Below are positions 40,651-49,788 of a DNA stretch of 60,469 nt, in pieces. Position 1 is the first letter of the stretch; each line of letters opens with the position of its first letter. Source of the DNA: Desulfobacteraceae bacterium (GTDB lineage: Bacteria; Desulfobacterota; Desulfobacteria; Desulfobacterales; SpSt-501). The stretch spans positions 1-60,469 of the forward strand of contig JBFYWS010000621.1 of the NCBI GenBank assembly GCA_041310935.1, in the 5' to 3' direction. The position numbers were made by a program, and so were the translations under genes. The notes beneath the pieces were generated by a model, which was not told the origin of the DNA, did not search any database, and worked only from the letters and a program-made list of their open reading frames with translations.

Positions 40651-41235
40651 TTACCCCCCTATTATCCCCCCTAGGTTTCCCCCGTTTCCCGTTTGAGACT
40701 TCGCTTCGCTCCCTTGGCTCTCCCATTTTTTCAGTGCGGCGAGGGCCTCGTCCACCGAGCGGCAGACGGTCGGGTGCAGGGCGGACTGGATCGGGGAGAG
40801 CTGACCGCAGGCGGTCTTCAACTCCAATTCCAGAAAGCGGCCGTCGTTGGCGAGGACGAGCACGTCCAGCAGGTAGGGGTTTCCGATGGCGCGCGGGACG
40901 TGGATGTACCAGCCGCGGGAGCCGGTTCCGTGCCGAGGGCCGAGGATGTGGGCTTTGTCGCGCGGTGCGTAGCCGTGGCGGCGGAGGGACGCGTTGACCT
41001 GGGCCTGGAGGTCCGATTCCTTCCCATGCCAATGGCCAGGGTTGGGGGGCGGCTTGGCCGAGCGGCGGCGGGGCGTGGGAAGCGGGGTCGCTGGCGGCGC
41101 CTGGCGATCCGGGCGGGGCGTGGGGGGCGCATCGGGCCGGGGGCAGGGCGAGAGTAGGCCCTGTTCGCGGGCGAGGCGCAGGACGTTCGCGGCTGAGGCT
41201 GGGGGTAGGTCCGTCAGGCGAGGGGCGGCGCTCAT
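40651..41235 (-). CDS. VRR-NUC domain nuclease
   Basis: ATG at 41235 after GGAAGGAAGGAG. ESDLQAQVNASLRRHGY...GNPYLLDVLVLANDGRFLELELKTACGQLSPIQ fits the E...PD-(D/E)xK VRR-NUC pattern. Confidence 0.55.
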   Translation of the reverse strand: MSAAPRLTDLPPASAANVLRLAREQGLLSPCPRPDAPPTPRPDRQAPPATPLPTPRRRSAKPPPNPGHWHGKESDLQAQVNASLRRHGYAPRDKAHILGPRHGTGSRGWYIHVPRAIGNPYLLDVLVLANDGRFLELELKTACGQLSPIQSALHPTVCRSVDEALAALKKWESQGSEAKSQTGNGGNLGGIIGG

Positions 41236-41308
41236 GCTGCTCTGTCTCCTTCCTTCCGACAGCTGGCGCCCGTCCCCGGACACGTCACACAACCCCACGA
41301 CGAGCGCG

Positions 41309-41337
41309 ACTCTATCAGTTCCCGCAGGTCGGCGCAA
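41309..41337 (-). promoter_or_regulatory. Sigma70-like promoter (TTGCGC, 17 nt, TAGAGT) preceded by an A9 tract
   Basis: Minus strand: GAAAAAAAAAGCCC TTGCGC cgacctgcgggaactga TAGAGT CGCGC. Confidence 0.45.
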
Positions 41338-41522
41338 GGGCTTTTTTTTTCGCAGTTGAGAATCAGTTTTCAGTTTTGCAACTCTGCGCGGGTTTTGGCG
41401 GGGTAATCGTCGAGTTTCCTAAGGATTTCGCGTCTCGGCATGGCGTTGGAGGGGTTGGCCTGAAAACTGCTTATCTATGCGGCATGAAGAGCGAAAACAA
41501 AAGAGTGAACCGGAGTTCATCA

Positions 41523-41768
41523 ATGAAAATACATGGGCGCGGACGTGGGGCAAATCCTGAGAGTCGGCGTGCGTTGCGAGAGGCGCGGCACTGGTGGGTG
41601 TACGGGCGCGACGCCAACGGGGTAGAGTCGACGCTGTTCGGTCCTTCCACGGCGAAGACGGCATGGGATCGTTGCTATCGCCTCGGCGGTGCGGCGACGG
41701 GCTACAGCGTGCGGCAGGGAGTCGATGGCGGGATTGCGGACGTAATAGCGGCGAAGGTGGCGGCGTGA
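41523..41768 (+). CDS. Hypothetical protein (81 aa)
   Basis: ATG at 41523, 7 nt after GGAG. The track start at 41376 is a TTG. Confidence 0.4.
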   Translation: MKIHGRGRGANPESRRALREARHWWVYGRDANGVESTLFGPSTAKTAWDRCYRLGGAATGYSVRQGVDGGIADVIAAKVAA

Positions 41769-41805
41769 TGAGCAGACACGGAAAACAGAAGCAGGAAGGA
41801 ACAAG

Positions 41806-42024
41806 ATGAACTGCCCACACTGCCACGCCGTCCCGCTAACCCCTCTCCCTGATGCCTGCTCACTCTGTCGCGCCGTACTTCGCGCCGACGCAGCGGTGAG
41901 GCGATACCTGCCGATAGGCGCGTGCGATCAGTTGATGCTGGTATGTGCGGACTGCATGACGCTTGCTATAACATCGGGCAGAAGATCGAAACAGGCAACA
42001 CCAACACAGGAGGGCGGGAGATGA
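41806..42024 (+). CDS. Cys-rich small protein (72 aa)
   Basis: AGGAAGG RBS; CPHC...CSLC...CADC. Confidence 0.5.
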   Translation: MNCPHCHAVPLTPLPDACSLCRAVLRADAAVRRYLPIGACDQLMLVCADCMTLAITSGRRSKQATPTQEGGR

Positions 42025-42557
42025 AGAAGTTTTGCTTCGCCAGTCAGGGGATTCCGACCGGCACAGAGTTTGTTGGCGAGTCGTGGGAGGAGGGTGGTCT
42101 CCGGGTTGACGACGAGGGCAACCCAACCCACGACTGGAATAGAAACACCGTGACAAACCACAGCGTGACCGACCTCACGGAGGAGGACGCCGACCTGTTG
42201 GCAGACGCCTTCTACGGGGAGGACGGGGTAACGTCTCTGGAAGGGCTGCGCGAATGGCTCGCCGGATTGCCCGAGGCCGTCATCTCCGCTACGGTTGCGG
42301 TTGCAGAAGCGCGCAAGCGCGAACCCGTAGTGGACGAGCAGGAGGGCGGAGGTCTTTCACCTTACGAGGCTGAACTGGCGGGCCTAGACGCTGGAGCGGC
42401 AAGCGTGCGGATTGAATTGGACAACGGCAAGCTTTGGGCATACCACGGCGGCGACGGCACGCTGCTGTTGGAGGTGTCCGGCGTGAAGGCAGGCACTTGG
42501 GATGCACTGTGGGCGATCCTGGAGAACTGCGGAAGCGTTGACATGCGCGTATCCTGA
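42021..42557 (+). CDS. Acidic hypothetical protein (178 aa)
   Basis: ATG at 42021 after AGGAGGGCGGGAG; ATGA overlap with the upstream gene. Confidence 0.55.
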   Translation: MKKFCFASQGIPTGTEFVGESWEEGGLRVDDEGNPTHDWNRNTVTNHSVTDLTEEDADLLADAFYGEDGVTSLEGLREWLAGLPEAVISATVAVAEARKREPVVDEQEGGGLSPYEAELAGLDAGAASVRIELDNGKLWAYHGGDGTLLLEVSGVKAGTWDALWAILENCGSVDMRVS

Positions 42558-42585
42558 TCGTTGGAAAGCATAGGAGGGCGGGAAG

Positions 42586-42801
42586 ATGAAGACGATTATC
42601 GAAGTGGGAATCAGTGATCCGGTTGGAAAGCCGAAGTTGAAGCAGTACAGTCCCGGCCATTGGGCGGTAACATTCGAGATTGTACAGCGCGCTCAATACA
42701 CGCGGGCTGTATGGGTCCGCACGTCGCCGGACTGGGACGAGATGCCGAAAGACGGCAAGGGTTTCGTGGTGGGGCCGACACGCAAGCTGACGGTTGGTTG
42801 A
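42586..42801 (+). CDS. Hypothetical protein (71 aa)
   Basis: TAGGAGGGCGGGAAG-ATG. Confidence 0.55.
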   Translation: MKTIIEVGISDPVGKPKLKQYSPGHWAVTFEIVQRAQYTRAVWVRTSPDWDEMPKDGKGFVVGPTRKLTVG

Positions 42802-42859
42802 ACAGGGGGCGGTCGGGATGAACTTGGCAGCGGCAGGACGAGAGAAGGAGGGTGGGAAG

Positions 42860-43069
42860 ATGAATAACGCGACGAAATTCAGAGTGATCGGGATTAGCAA
42901 TAATATCGCCATGCTTGAGCGGCTCGGCGGCGGCTTCCAAGCCTTTGCAGACGACGCCACATATATCGGCAAGATCGGCGATGTGGTTGAGATTCGTGAA
43001 AAAGATTACACGCCGGAGGGCGATCTTGCTGCATTCCAAGAGATGTCAGATCGCTACGATAAGGAGTAA
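42860..43069 (+). CDS. Hypothetical protein (69 aa)
   Basis: AAGGAGGGTGGGAAG-ATG at 42860. Confidence 0.5.
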   Translation: MNNATKFRVIGISNNIAMLERLGGGFQAFADDATYIGKIGDVVEIREKDYTPEGDLAAFQEMSDRYDKE

Positions 43070-43125
43070 GCGGTGCGTGCGGCCACTGATGAGGGCAGAA
43101 GTTTCTGACAAGGAGGGCAAGAGGC

Positions 43126-43287
43126 ATGAAAATCAGAGTGTGGGGGCTGGCAGCCGGACACGGAACGACGGCAGAAGCCGCACGCGGAGCTTTCACTTGG
43201 AAGGAATACGCAGACATGCAGACGGCGAAAGCGGCGGTATCTGTCGGCGATTGGTTGCATATCCTATGGTTTGAGGAGATTCGGTAA
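43126..43287 (+). CDS. Small ORF (53 aa), not in the track
   Basis: AAGGAGGGCAAGAGGC-ATG. Hand translation: MKIRVWGLAAGHGTTAEAARGAFTWKEYADMQTAKAAVSVGDWLHILWFEEIR. Confidence 0.45.
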   Translation: MKIRVWGLAAGHGTTAEAARGAFTWKEYADMQTAKAAVSVGDWLHILWFEEIR

Positions 43288-43375
43288 ACACGCCGGCCGC
43301 AAGCGCCGGCACAGAACGGGCGGCGCCCTGGCTGCACGCTGGGGCGCTCGCTCATAACACACAGGAGGGGCACGT

Positions 43376-43804
43376 ATGAACTGGCACGCGGTTTTTGTGG
43401 AGATCGGGCGGGAGGTTGGCTTTCTGCTGCTGGCGGTGATTGTCCTGGCGTTCGCGCTGGGCGTCTGGTTCCTGATCCGGCGATCCCTGGAACTGTGGGA
43501 CGAGCGGACATTCTGGAAGCGGCGGGCGGCACGGAAGCGCGAAAGGGCGAACGCGGTGAGGCGGATGACGGCAAAGAACGAACAAATGCTGAAAAAAGCC
43601 TTTGACATGGCCACTGATGGAATAAGACCGATGTACCACAAGATTGAGAAAGAAAAATCTGGCCGATGGTGCATAGTCTGTCCTTCCGGGGAACGATTCG
43701 GAGACTATCTGAGTGACGTTTACGCCACCGCCGATGCCCTCAGACTTGAGGGGCTTCATCTTTCTGGTTCCAACATGGTATTAACCAACAACGACGCCAA
43801 CTGA
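43376..43804 (+). CDS. Membrane protein (one N-terminal TM helix), 142 aa
   Basis: CAGGAGGGGCACGT-ATG; VGFLLLAVIVLAFALGVWFLI. Confidence 0.55.
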   Translation: MNWHAVFVEIGREVGFLLLAVIVLAFALGVWFLIRRSLELWDERTFWKRRAARKRERANAVRRMTAKNEQMLKKAFDMATDGIRPMYHKIEKEKSGRWCIVCPSGERFGDYLSDVYATADALRLEGLHLSGSNMVLTNNDAN

Positions 43805-43805
43805 A

Positions 43806-44210
43806 ATGAGGAATGCCGATCACGATCAGTTGTCTTTCCTGGAGTCCGAAGAACCGGAGACCGGCGCGACGACCGAAACCCCGTTTTTCTTCGGGGCGAA
43901 GTTCTACCCGCATTGCCCGGGCGTCAAGAGCATGGACGACACGACAGCCAAAGCAGCCCTAGACATCGAGGGCCGCGCCACTACGCTCAGGAACAAGGTC
44001 ATGGCCATACTGAGCCATCATCCATTGACAGCCGACGAGTGCGCCGAGAAAATGGGGGAGTCTATCCTGTCAATCCGTCCGCGGCTCTCAGAACTGCGGC
44101 TTGTCGGGAAGATCGTGGCCACAGGGGAACGTCGGAAGAACGCCAGCGGCAAGTCAGCTATCGTGTGGCAGGTGACAATTCAGGGGGACGGGCAGGAAAG
44201 GCGACCATGA
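43806..44210 (+). CDS. Winged-helix (MarR-like) DNA-binding protein
   Basis: LTADECAEKMGESILSIRPRLSELRLVGKIVATGERRKNASGKSAIVWQV. Confidence 0.5.
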   Translation: MRNADHDQLSFLESEEPETGATTETPFFFGAKFYPHCPGVKSMDDTTAKAALDIEGRATTLRNKVMAILSHHPLTADECAEKMGESILSIRPRLSELRLVGKIVATGERRKNASGKSAIVWQVTIQGDGQERRP

Positions 44211-44371
44211 ACGGCGATGCGGTAAAGCAGTATCTTGCGGAAATCGGACGGCGGGGCGGCTCTACCATCACAGAGAAGAAGCGCAGAGCGGCCCGGCGTA
44301 ACGCGGTCAAAGCCAGAAAGCACCTCGCGTCTAAGCGGAAGACGGCGGGACAGGATCGCGCTCAGGCGTAG
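44207..44371 (+). CDS. Small basic protein (54 aa)
   Basis: ATGA overlap at 44207-44210. MNGDAVKQYLAEIGRRGGSTITEKKRRAARRNAVKARK... Confidence 0.4.
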   Translation: MNGDAVKQYLAEIGRRGGSTITEKKRRAARRNAVKARKHLASKRKTAGQDRAQA

Positions 44372-44798
44372 CGGGTCCGCGCTTCTTCTGAACCCTCACC
44401 CTGTACCCACAGGCCAACTCGAACGGCGGCAATCCTTCCTCTACCGGGTTGCCGTTGTTCCCTAGAGCCACTGTGCGATGCCACAGATGCACCACATACG
44501 GCTCAGGGTTCGTCAGAAGTTCCTCAGACGGCAGCCATACCGCCACACTCTCCCGCGGCTCGAAGAACAGCCGCTGCACGAAACGGATTTCCGGCAGGGT
44601 GGGAGATCGGCGGCGGTCCATCGGACGCAAGGCGACGACATCCCAACCGAGAAAATCGATCTGCACGATCACTTGTAGACGCTGGTTGGTTGTCCAGGAC
44701 AGGACAAGAAACGCGCCGCAACGTGCGCCGGGTTCGCTTGCCAGCGGGCCGGCGACGACGCGGCCCAGTTCAAGAGCAGGGCAATATGGGTGTTTCAT
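44331..44798 (-). CDS. Hypothetical protein (155 aa). Its 3' end converges on and overlaps the plus-strand island.
   Basis: ATG at 44798 (MKHPYCPALELG). The track start is 44828. Confidence 0.45.
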   Translation of the reverse strand: MKHPYCPALELGRVVAGPLASEPGARCGAFLVLSWTTNQRLQVIVQIDFLGWDVVALRPMDRRRSPTLPEIRFVQRLFFEPRESVAVWLPSEELLTNPEPYVVHLWHRTVALGNNGNPVEEGLPPFELACGYRVRVQKKRGPATPERDPVPPSSA

Positions 44799-44964
44799 GC
44801 ATGGCCTCCATTTCACGCAACGCCGCATCCCGCTCGTCCTGGGGCACGAGGGACACGATCACTAGCCGCGCCAACATGACGACAGGGCACACACCCTGCG
44901 CCTTCGCCGTGTCCTCCAAGGATCGGGCGGCAACGTCAGGCAAGTTGACCGTCAGCGTTTTCAT
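44770..44964 (-). CDS. Ribbon-helix-helix-like small protein
   Basis: MKTLTVNLPDVAARSLEDTAKAQG N-terminal beta-strand/helix pattern. Confidence 0.4.
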   Translation of the reverse strand: MKTLTVNLPDVAARSLEDTAKAQGVCPVVMLARLVIVSLVPQDERDAALREMEAMHETPILPCS

Positions 44965-45146
44965 GGGGTGCCTACGTCTACTTGTTCCTCTTCATCGAGC
45001 AGACCGAGTTTTTCCCGCATCACCTTCTCGAACATCCAGCTTCTTGACCGTTCGATTTGCTTGCAATGCCGGTCAACTTCCCTGAGTAGTTCATAACTGA
45101 GGTAGACGCTGGTTTCAACCTTCTGACGTGGCCGTTGCGCCGCCAT
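44961..45146 (-). CDS. Ribbon-helix-helix (CopG-like) DNA-binding protein
   Basis: VETSVYLSYELLREVDRHCKQIERSRSWMFEKVMREKL. Confidence 0.5.
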   Translation of the reverse strand: MAAQRPRQKVETSVYLSYELLREVDRHCKQIERSRSWMFEKVMREKLGLLDEEEQVDVGTP

Positions 45147-45180
45147 ACTTCGTTCTCCAGCCGCTAGGTTCTAACAGATG

Positions 45181-45357
45181 CTAACAGACGGCAGGTTCCG
45201 GCGTCAACGCCCTTCCGCCCCTCCGCCGCCCCGCCGTTCTCTCAATCACATAGCCGCAGTAGTCGCACACCAAGCCGTCAGCCGTGCGCCGCCTCAGCTT
45301 CCCGCAGTCCGGGCAGCGAAGACGACGGTGCAGGTACAGTTTTCCTTTGAGGCGCAT
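45181..45357 (-). CDS. Zinc-ribbon small protein (58 aa)
   Basis: ATG at 45357; CPDCG...CDYCG. Confidence 0.45.
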   Translation of the reverse strand: MRLKGKLYLHRRLRCPDCGKLRRRTADGLVCDYCGYVIERTAGRRRGGRALTPEPAVC

Positions 45358-45382
45358 GGGGTCAACCGTGTCAGGCTCCCTC

Positions 45383-46648
45383 TCAGTTCTCCTTGATCTT
45401 GGCGCAGAAGTCGGCCAACTGCCCATCCGTTAGGCTGTCCAGGTCATCAACTGACGGCAGCTCCATGGCGGCCAAAACCCGTTTCCGCGGTCCAACCGGC
45501 GCGATGCCTGCCAGCATTTTCGCCTCTTTCAGAAGGTCCTCCCTGTCGGGCGTGGCATCCTGGCCCTTGTCATCCCCCTGCTCAGCCCCGTCCGACGCGC
45601 TGGCGCCCCCCTGGGGGCTTTCAGCCGCGGCAATAGCGGTGACGTTCCGGTACTTGCCGTCCTGAGTCCATGTCAGGGTGACTTTCTGCCCTTTCAGCCG
45701 GACAGCCTCGGCACCAATCGTCTTGTCAAACGTACCGTAACGCTCATCGCCAATGTAGAGTCCATAGCCGATGAACGGGCCGCGGGCGTTTTTCCCCGGC
45801 TTCTCCGTCACCTTTTCCAGCACGCCGGTAACGGTGTTATCGCCGTCCGCGGAAGGTGTCGAAGCCTCCTTCGCCTTGGCCTTCTCGCCTGTGGGTGCGG
45901 GAGGCGTCATCGTCTCCCTGGCCGGCGGGAGCGCCTGCGGCTCCATGATCGGGGTACGGTCCTCTGGCAAGGCGAGGCCGAGGGCTTGGTTGTCGTAAGC
46001 GATAGCCGTCTGCAACTGGGGCGAGGCGGAAAACACCTTCAGCGCCCGTTTCACGACCGTCTTGATCCGCATGGCGTCGGCGTCAGTCACCCACGGCCCT
46101 TCGTCCTTGGCCTTGCTGCGGTTCTGGATGGCGTCCAATTCCTCCCGGTTCATCCATTCGATGTGCTTGGAGTCGTCGGGCAGGACGCAGACGCAGTAGG
46201 CGCCCACGGTTTCCCCGCGATCCTTCAGCGCCGGCTTGTGGGTGATACTGGGGGCATCGCCAAGCTGGTAGTCGAAAGCATCGTTCGCCTTCACGACTTC
46301 GCCATAGGCGTGCTTGATCTGGCCGACTTCGTTCCCAGGCCCCGGCTTCTTCGCCAACTGGATCATGCCTCGCCAATCCGGGATAAAGACGACTTCCTTC
46401 TTCCCGGTGTACTTGTTCTTGAACGGCACGGCCCAACAGCCGCCCGCGCCAATCGGCTCTAACCCTGTCTCCGCAGACCGCAGACAGAAGTTGAGGAAGC
46501 TCTCCTTCGTGCATTCCAGCAACGCGGGCTGACGCGAGGTTGCCGACAGCATCAGGTGAACCAACCGCTCCACGCTGAACCACTTGGGAGCCACGCTCTG
46601 AAACGCCGACTGCGACTGCACCAACAACGCTTTGAGATCATCTGCCAT
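45383..46648 (-). CDS. recT: RecT-family single-strand annealing protein with a C-terminal extension of about 180 aa
   Basis: SFLNFCLRSAETGLEPIGAGGCWAVPF...VVFIPDWRGMIQLA...AYCVCVLPDDSKHIEWMNREELDAIQNRSKA...PWVTDADAMRIKTVVKRALK. Confidence 0.8.
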   Translation of the reverse strand: MADDLKALLVQSQSAFQSVAPKWFSVERLVHLMLSATSRQPALLECTKESFLNFCLRSAETGLEPIGAGGCWAVPFKNKYTGKKEVVFIPDWRGMIQLAKKPGPGNEVGQIKHAYGEVVKANDAFDYQLGDAPSITHKPALKDRGETVGAYCVCVLPDDSKHIEWMNREELDAIQNRSKAKDEGPWVTDADAMRIKTVVKRALKVFSASPQLQTAIAYDNQALGLALPEDRTPIMEPQALPPARETMTPPAPTGEKAKAKEASTPSADGDNTVTGVLEKVTEKPGKNARGPFIGYGLYIGDERYGTFDKTIGAEAVRLKGQKVTLTWTQDGKYRNVTAIAAAESPQGGASASDGAEQGDDKGQDATPDREDLLKEAKMLAGIAPVGPRKRVLAAMELPSVDDLDSLTDGQLADFCAKIKEN

Positions 46649-46689
46649 GACTGCACCCTCCTGTCTTTACCGCCTCTTGAAACAGAGTC

Positions 46690-47400
46690 TTACCCCGCCC
46701 TCACGCTGAGGCTCTGAACCTCGACGAACGTCACGCCGGGCACGCTGATTTTCCCTTTACTGCCACGGGCGAAAGCGTCGGCCGCCTTCTGATCGAACGC
46801 GAGCAACGATGCCGCCACGCTGCCGGGGACCGCTGCGGCTATCAGCGCATCCTTGTCCACACACTCGGCCTTCCACGTCGTGCGCGTTGCCGTGCCAGCC
46901 GCCTCGGCTTGGGGCACCGCCACCGTCACCACCTGTGCCTGCACCGCCGCCGCCTGCTCCAAGCGTTCCGCCCGTTTCTCTGGCGTCTTCAGCTTCGCGG
47001 CTTCCTTCTCCAACCGCTCGCGCTCGCGCCGCGCCGCCTCGTCTGCCGCGGCCTGAAGTCGAGCCTGTTCGACCGCCGCCTTCCTCTGTTCGGCCTGCTG
47101 CCAGGCCAACACTTTCTGCTTCACCACCACTTCGGCCTTGTCGCAGATGTCCGTCAAATCCTTCTCGCGGCTGACGATCCCCTTCCAAGCGTCATGCGCC
47201 GCCTTCTTGACGGGAGACCAGTAGACCACGATTCGGGCACGAACGCCCTTGATGTCCGAGAGGCGAGTCATGGCCGTGTCAGCCTCGGCCTTGGTCGTTA
47301 CCATCACCGTCTCGGCCCAGACTACCATGCCCTGCGCCTCGTTTTTCAGAACCGTCACCGCCTTGTCGTTCTCGCTCACGTTCCATCTCCTTTCTTCCAT
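46690..47400 (-). CDS. Coiled-coil hypothetical protein (about 236 aa)
   Basis: ATG at 47400, or GTG at 47379 after AAGGAG. The N-terminal 114 codons of the track ORF look spurious. Confidence 0.5.
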   Translation of the reverse strand: MEERRWNVSENDKAVTVLKNEAQGMVVWAETVMVTTKAEADTAMTRLSDIKGVRARIVVYWSPVKKAAHDAWKGIVSREKDLTDICDKAEVVVKQKVLAWQQAEQRKAAVEQARLQAAADEAARRERERLEKEAAKLKTPEKRAERLEQAAAVQAQVVTVAVPQAEAAGTATRTTWKAECVDKDALIAAAVPGSVAASLLAFDQKAADAFARGSKGKISVPGVTFVEVQSLSVRAG

Positions 47401-47414
47401 ATCCACTTCATGTG

Positions 47415-47735
47415 TCAGATAATCCTCCGCCTGCTCAGCGGTCGGGCGATCTTGCGGCCCGACGCGCGGAAGATCGCGCCAATCCCGCCACGCCGCCAGA
47501 ACTCGCCATCCAGATGCGCGTCGAACACATTGCTCCGCCTGGTGCTTGTCAGCCAGATTTCGCGCGGCGCGTGAACCAGATACCCGTCGAGCCTGATCCG
47601 CAGCATAGGCGAACCAGCCGGCAGCTCGCGCGGATAATCCGGCGCCGGCGCCGCCGCCTTGCGGCGCGCCTGCGCCCGGTTCGCGTTGCGGCTCCACGCA
47701 CGCCGCCCGTCTCTTTGTTGCACCCACTGTCTCAT
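47415..47735 (-). CDS. Hypothetical basic protein (106 aa)
   Basis: ATG at 47735 in an ATGA overlap with the upstream stop. Fills an otherwise 330-nt gap. Confidence 0.4.
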   Translation of the reverse strand: MRQWVQQRDGRRAWSRNANRAQARRKAAAPAPDYPRELPAGSPMLRIRLDGYLVHAPREIWLTSTRRSNVFDAHLDGEFWRRGGIGAIFRASGRKIARPLSRRRII

Positions 47736-48319
47736 GCAACACCTTCCGCGCCGGTTTTGCCTATCCCAATGTTGGGCTTCAACCATCGCTCGATTGCCTG
47801 CACGGACTCGCGCCGCGCCTGCCGGTACGTCTCCGGGCATTTCGCAAGGCTCTCGCGCACTCCGCAGGCGTCAGAGTCGCGGACGAGCGACAGAGCGAAC
47901 TCGACGCCCTTGACAAACTCGGACGCAAGCCCAACATCACGCCGGACGGTATCCGGCGAAGCGCCGGAACCGTCATCGTGGGCGTTCGGCATAGAATCGC
48001 GCTCGGCTGCCATGCGGGCCTCTGCCGCGTCGTTCGTGATCTGCGGGTGTGGCTCGCACGACAACGCCCCGACCTCTTGCAGGTTGTCCAGCGCGTCGTC
48101 GGAGTCCGCGCCGTAGGTCATCGTGCAGGCTCCCGGCGAGTCGGCAATGAACGCCATCAGCATGTCTTCCTCGGCCAGCGCCCGCTCGCCCTCGTTCTCG
48201 GACACGAGGCGGCGCAACACCGCCTTAGTCGCCTCAGTCAATCCTTCCGGCTCGTCGGTCACGTCAATCACGAGCTTCAGCGGAATCTCGATGCGGTCGC
48301 GGAATATCTTCTCGTTCAT
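47732..48319 (-). CDS. Acidic hypothetical protein (195 aa)
   Basis: ATG at 48319 after GAGGAGGGAAG; ATGA overlap. Confidence 0.55.
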   Translation of the reverse strand: MNEKIFRDRIEIPLKLVIDVTDEPEGLTEATKAVLRRLVSENEGERALAEEDMLMAFIADSPGACTMTYGADSDDALDNLQEVGALSCEPHPQITNDAAEARMAAERDSMPNAHDDGSGASPDTVRRDVGLASEFVKGVEFALSLVRDSDACGVRESLAKCPETYRQARRESVQAIERWLKPNIGIGKTGAEGVA

Positions 48320-48642
48320 TTTCTCGGCTTCCCTCCTCTTCGGATCAGTCCGCAGATGTCCTGCACCAGCAGTTCTTCGGCCTGTCGTTGTTCCTTCGGT
48401 TTGCGTTTGTCCATCTTCACGACGGCGATCACCGCCGCGTGCAGAACCTCGTGCGTCAGATACAAGGCCGGCTCCGGCCCCTCTCGTCGGTCCCATGTCC
48501 CGATGCTGAATCGGTTGCTCATCCGACCACCCCACGATGCGCCGTGGTTGAAGGGGTCATCCACCATGCGCACGATCCAGCCGTCCAGAACCCGAAAATG
48601 CCGAACCAAGCGCCGGAGGGTATTGCTCTTCGCTGCGCTCAT
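48316..48642 (-). CDS. Hypothetical protein with an HExxH motif (LTHEVLHAAV), a possible minimal metallopeptidase
   Basis: ORF track; single motif only. Confidence 0.3.
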   Translation of the reverse strand: MSAAKSNTLRRLVRHFRVLDGWIVRMVDDPFNHGASWGGRMSNRFSIGTWDRREGPEPALYLTHEVLHAAVIAVVKMDKRKPKEQRQAEELLVQDICGLIRRGGKPRK

Positions 48643-48881
48643 CGCAAACCCTCAGCTTTCTCGTTGGAACGACCATGAGTCCATGCCCTTACCTGATGGT
48701 CATACGACAGCCTTGGGCTCTGATGCCGTCCGCATCGGTGGCAACCGATGTAACAGGTGCGGTACGCCTGGTCATATCCGATATGTGCCGGTCCATCGCA
48801 GTACGGGCACGGCGGCAGGGTCTTGGCCAGATCAAGCCGCAACCCAAGATCGGACACGTCGCGAGTTTCTCGGTCAAGCAT
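48639..48881 (-). CDS. Lar-like Cys-rich small protein
   Basis: ATG at 48881 after GGAGG; PCPYCDGPAHIGYD...YIGCHRCG. Confidence 0.4.
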   Translation of the reverse strand: MLDRETRDVSDLGLRLDLAKTLPPCPYCDGPAHIGYDQAYRTCYIGCHRCGRHQSPRLSYDHQVRAWTHGRSNEKAEGLR

Positions 48882-49200
48882 GGTCAACCTCCGTTCCAAC
48901 CACGCCGTTCGACGGTACGGCTTCGCCGCCCGTCAACGCGGCGTTCGCAGTATGAGCATCCATCGCCGCCAAGTCTGCCTTGCGCTGTTCCATTTGCTGC
49001 TCGTGCTTGAACTGGCGCACGGCGTAACAGACCGGACAAATACGCTTGATCCTGGCCTTGCGCTTTGGGTTCCAGTAGTGATCCGGCTTCTCGGTGTTCA
49101 GAAGGCGCGGCCCGCGTTCATCGTCGTGCAACGGGTCTTCGCATTCAGACTTGGGGAATGCCGGGGTCACGCTCTTGATGAAGTACGGATGATGACTCAT
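48874..49200 (-). CDS. Hypothetical protein (108 aa) with a CPVC motif
   Basis: ATG at 49200 in an ATGA overlap. Contains the repeated ...TGGEAVP... junction peptide internally. Confidence 0.45.
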   Translation of the reverse strand: MSHHPYFIKSVTPAFPKSECEDPLHDDERGPRLLNTEKPDHYWNPKRKARIKRICPVCYAVRQFKHEQQMEQRKADLAAMDAHTANAALTGGEAVPSNGVVGTEVDHA

Positions 49201-49529
49201 GCTTGACCTCCAGAACTGCGAACAAGAGGCGGCAGCGTACCCGCTACCGCGGGCCGCTGCGCCTCGGCGTTGGCCGGAACGACGAGGCCGCTCCAGCGGA
49301 TCAGCCAATATGCGAATGCGTACACACCAGATCGATAGCGTCGGCCTCCAATCTCCTTCGGCAACGTCTTGCGATGCTCGGACCATGCCGCCATCGCCTT
49401 GTCCAGACATGCGCGGTAATCTGGTGCCATACAACACACCGCGATATTGCCTACGTAACGGACGCGAGTGCCACGGCCAACAACGCGGTGGAGAGGTACG
49501 GAAACCCGCCGCTTGGCTTTCTTCTTCAT
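49197..49529 (-). CDS. Hypothetical protein (110 aa)
   Basis: ORF track (MKKKAKRRVSVPLHRVVGRG...). Confidence 0.5.
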   Translation of the reverse strand: MKKKAKRRVSVPLHRVVGRGTRVRYVGNIAVCCMAPDYRACLDKAMAAWSEHRKTLPKEIGGRRYRSGVYAFAYWLIRWSGLVVPANAEAQRPAVAGTLPPLVRSSGGQA

Positions 49530-49783
49530 GCAGTCCTTCCCGAGGCGGGTTTCCGCCCCTCACCGGCAGCGTTCGGTTTGCGAAACCACGGCGGCGACAA
49601 GTACCATGCGAGCATGAGGCCGCACCCAGCAAGGCTTTCCCACATGACGAGCCACGTCCGGCAAAACCTGTCGAAAGCGTCTGCACCTGACCGCGCCCAC
49701 ACATACCCGGCAGCGACGGCCAGCGCATATAACAGCGTCCCGACCGTGTTCCATCCGTTCTGTGTATGAAGAAACCGAACCAT
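49526..49783 (-). CDS. Small membrane protein (85 aa)
   Basis: ATG at 49783; WNTVGTLLYALAVAAGYVW and AGCGLMLAWYL hydrophobic segments. Confidence 0.45.
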   Translation of the reverse strand: MVRFLHTQNGWNTVGTLLYALAVAAGYVWARSGADAFDRFCRTWLVMWESLAGCGLMLAWYLSPPWFRKPNAAGEGRKPASGRTA

Positions 49784-49788
49784 GCGCT

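Noticed and set aside
41342-41350. T9 run as a rho-independent terminator
   Set aside because: No convincing GC-rich stem precedes it. On the minus strand it is an A9 tract immediately upstream of a -35/-10 pair, consistent with an UP-like element.
41340-41525. A plus-strand promoter for the small-gene island (for example TTGAGA at 41356)
   Set aside because: No acceptable -10 hexamer lies at 16-18 nt spacing, so I could not support a call.
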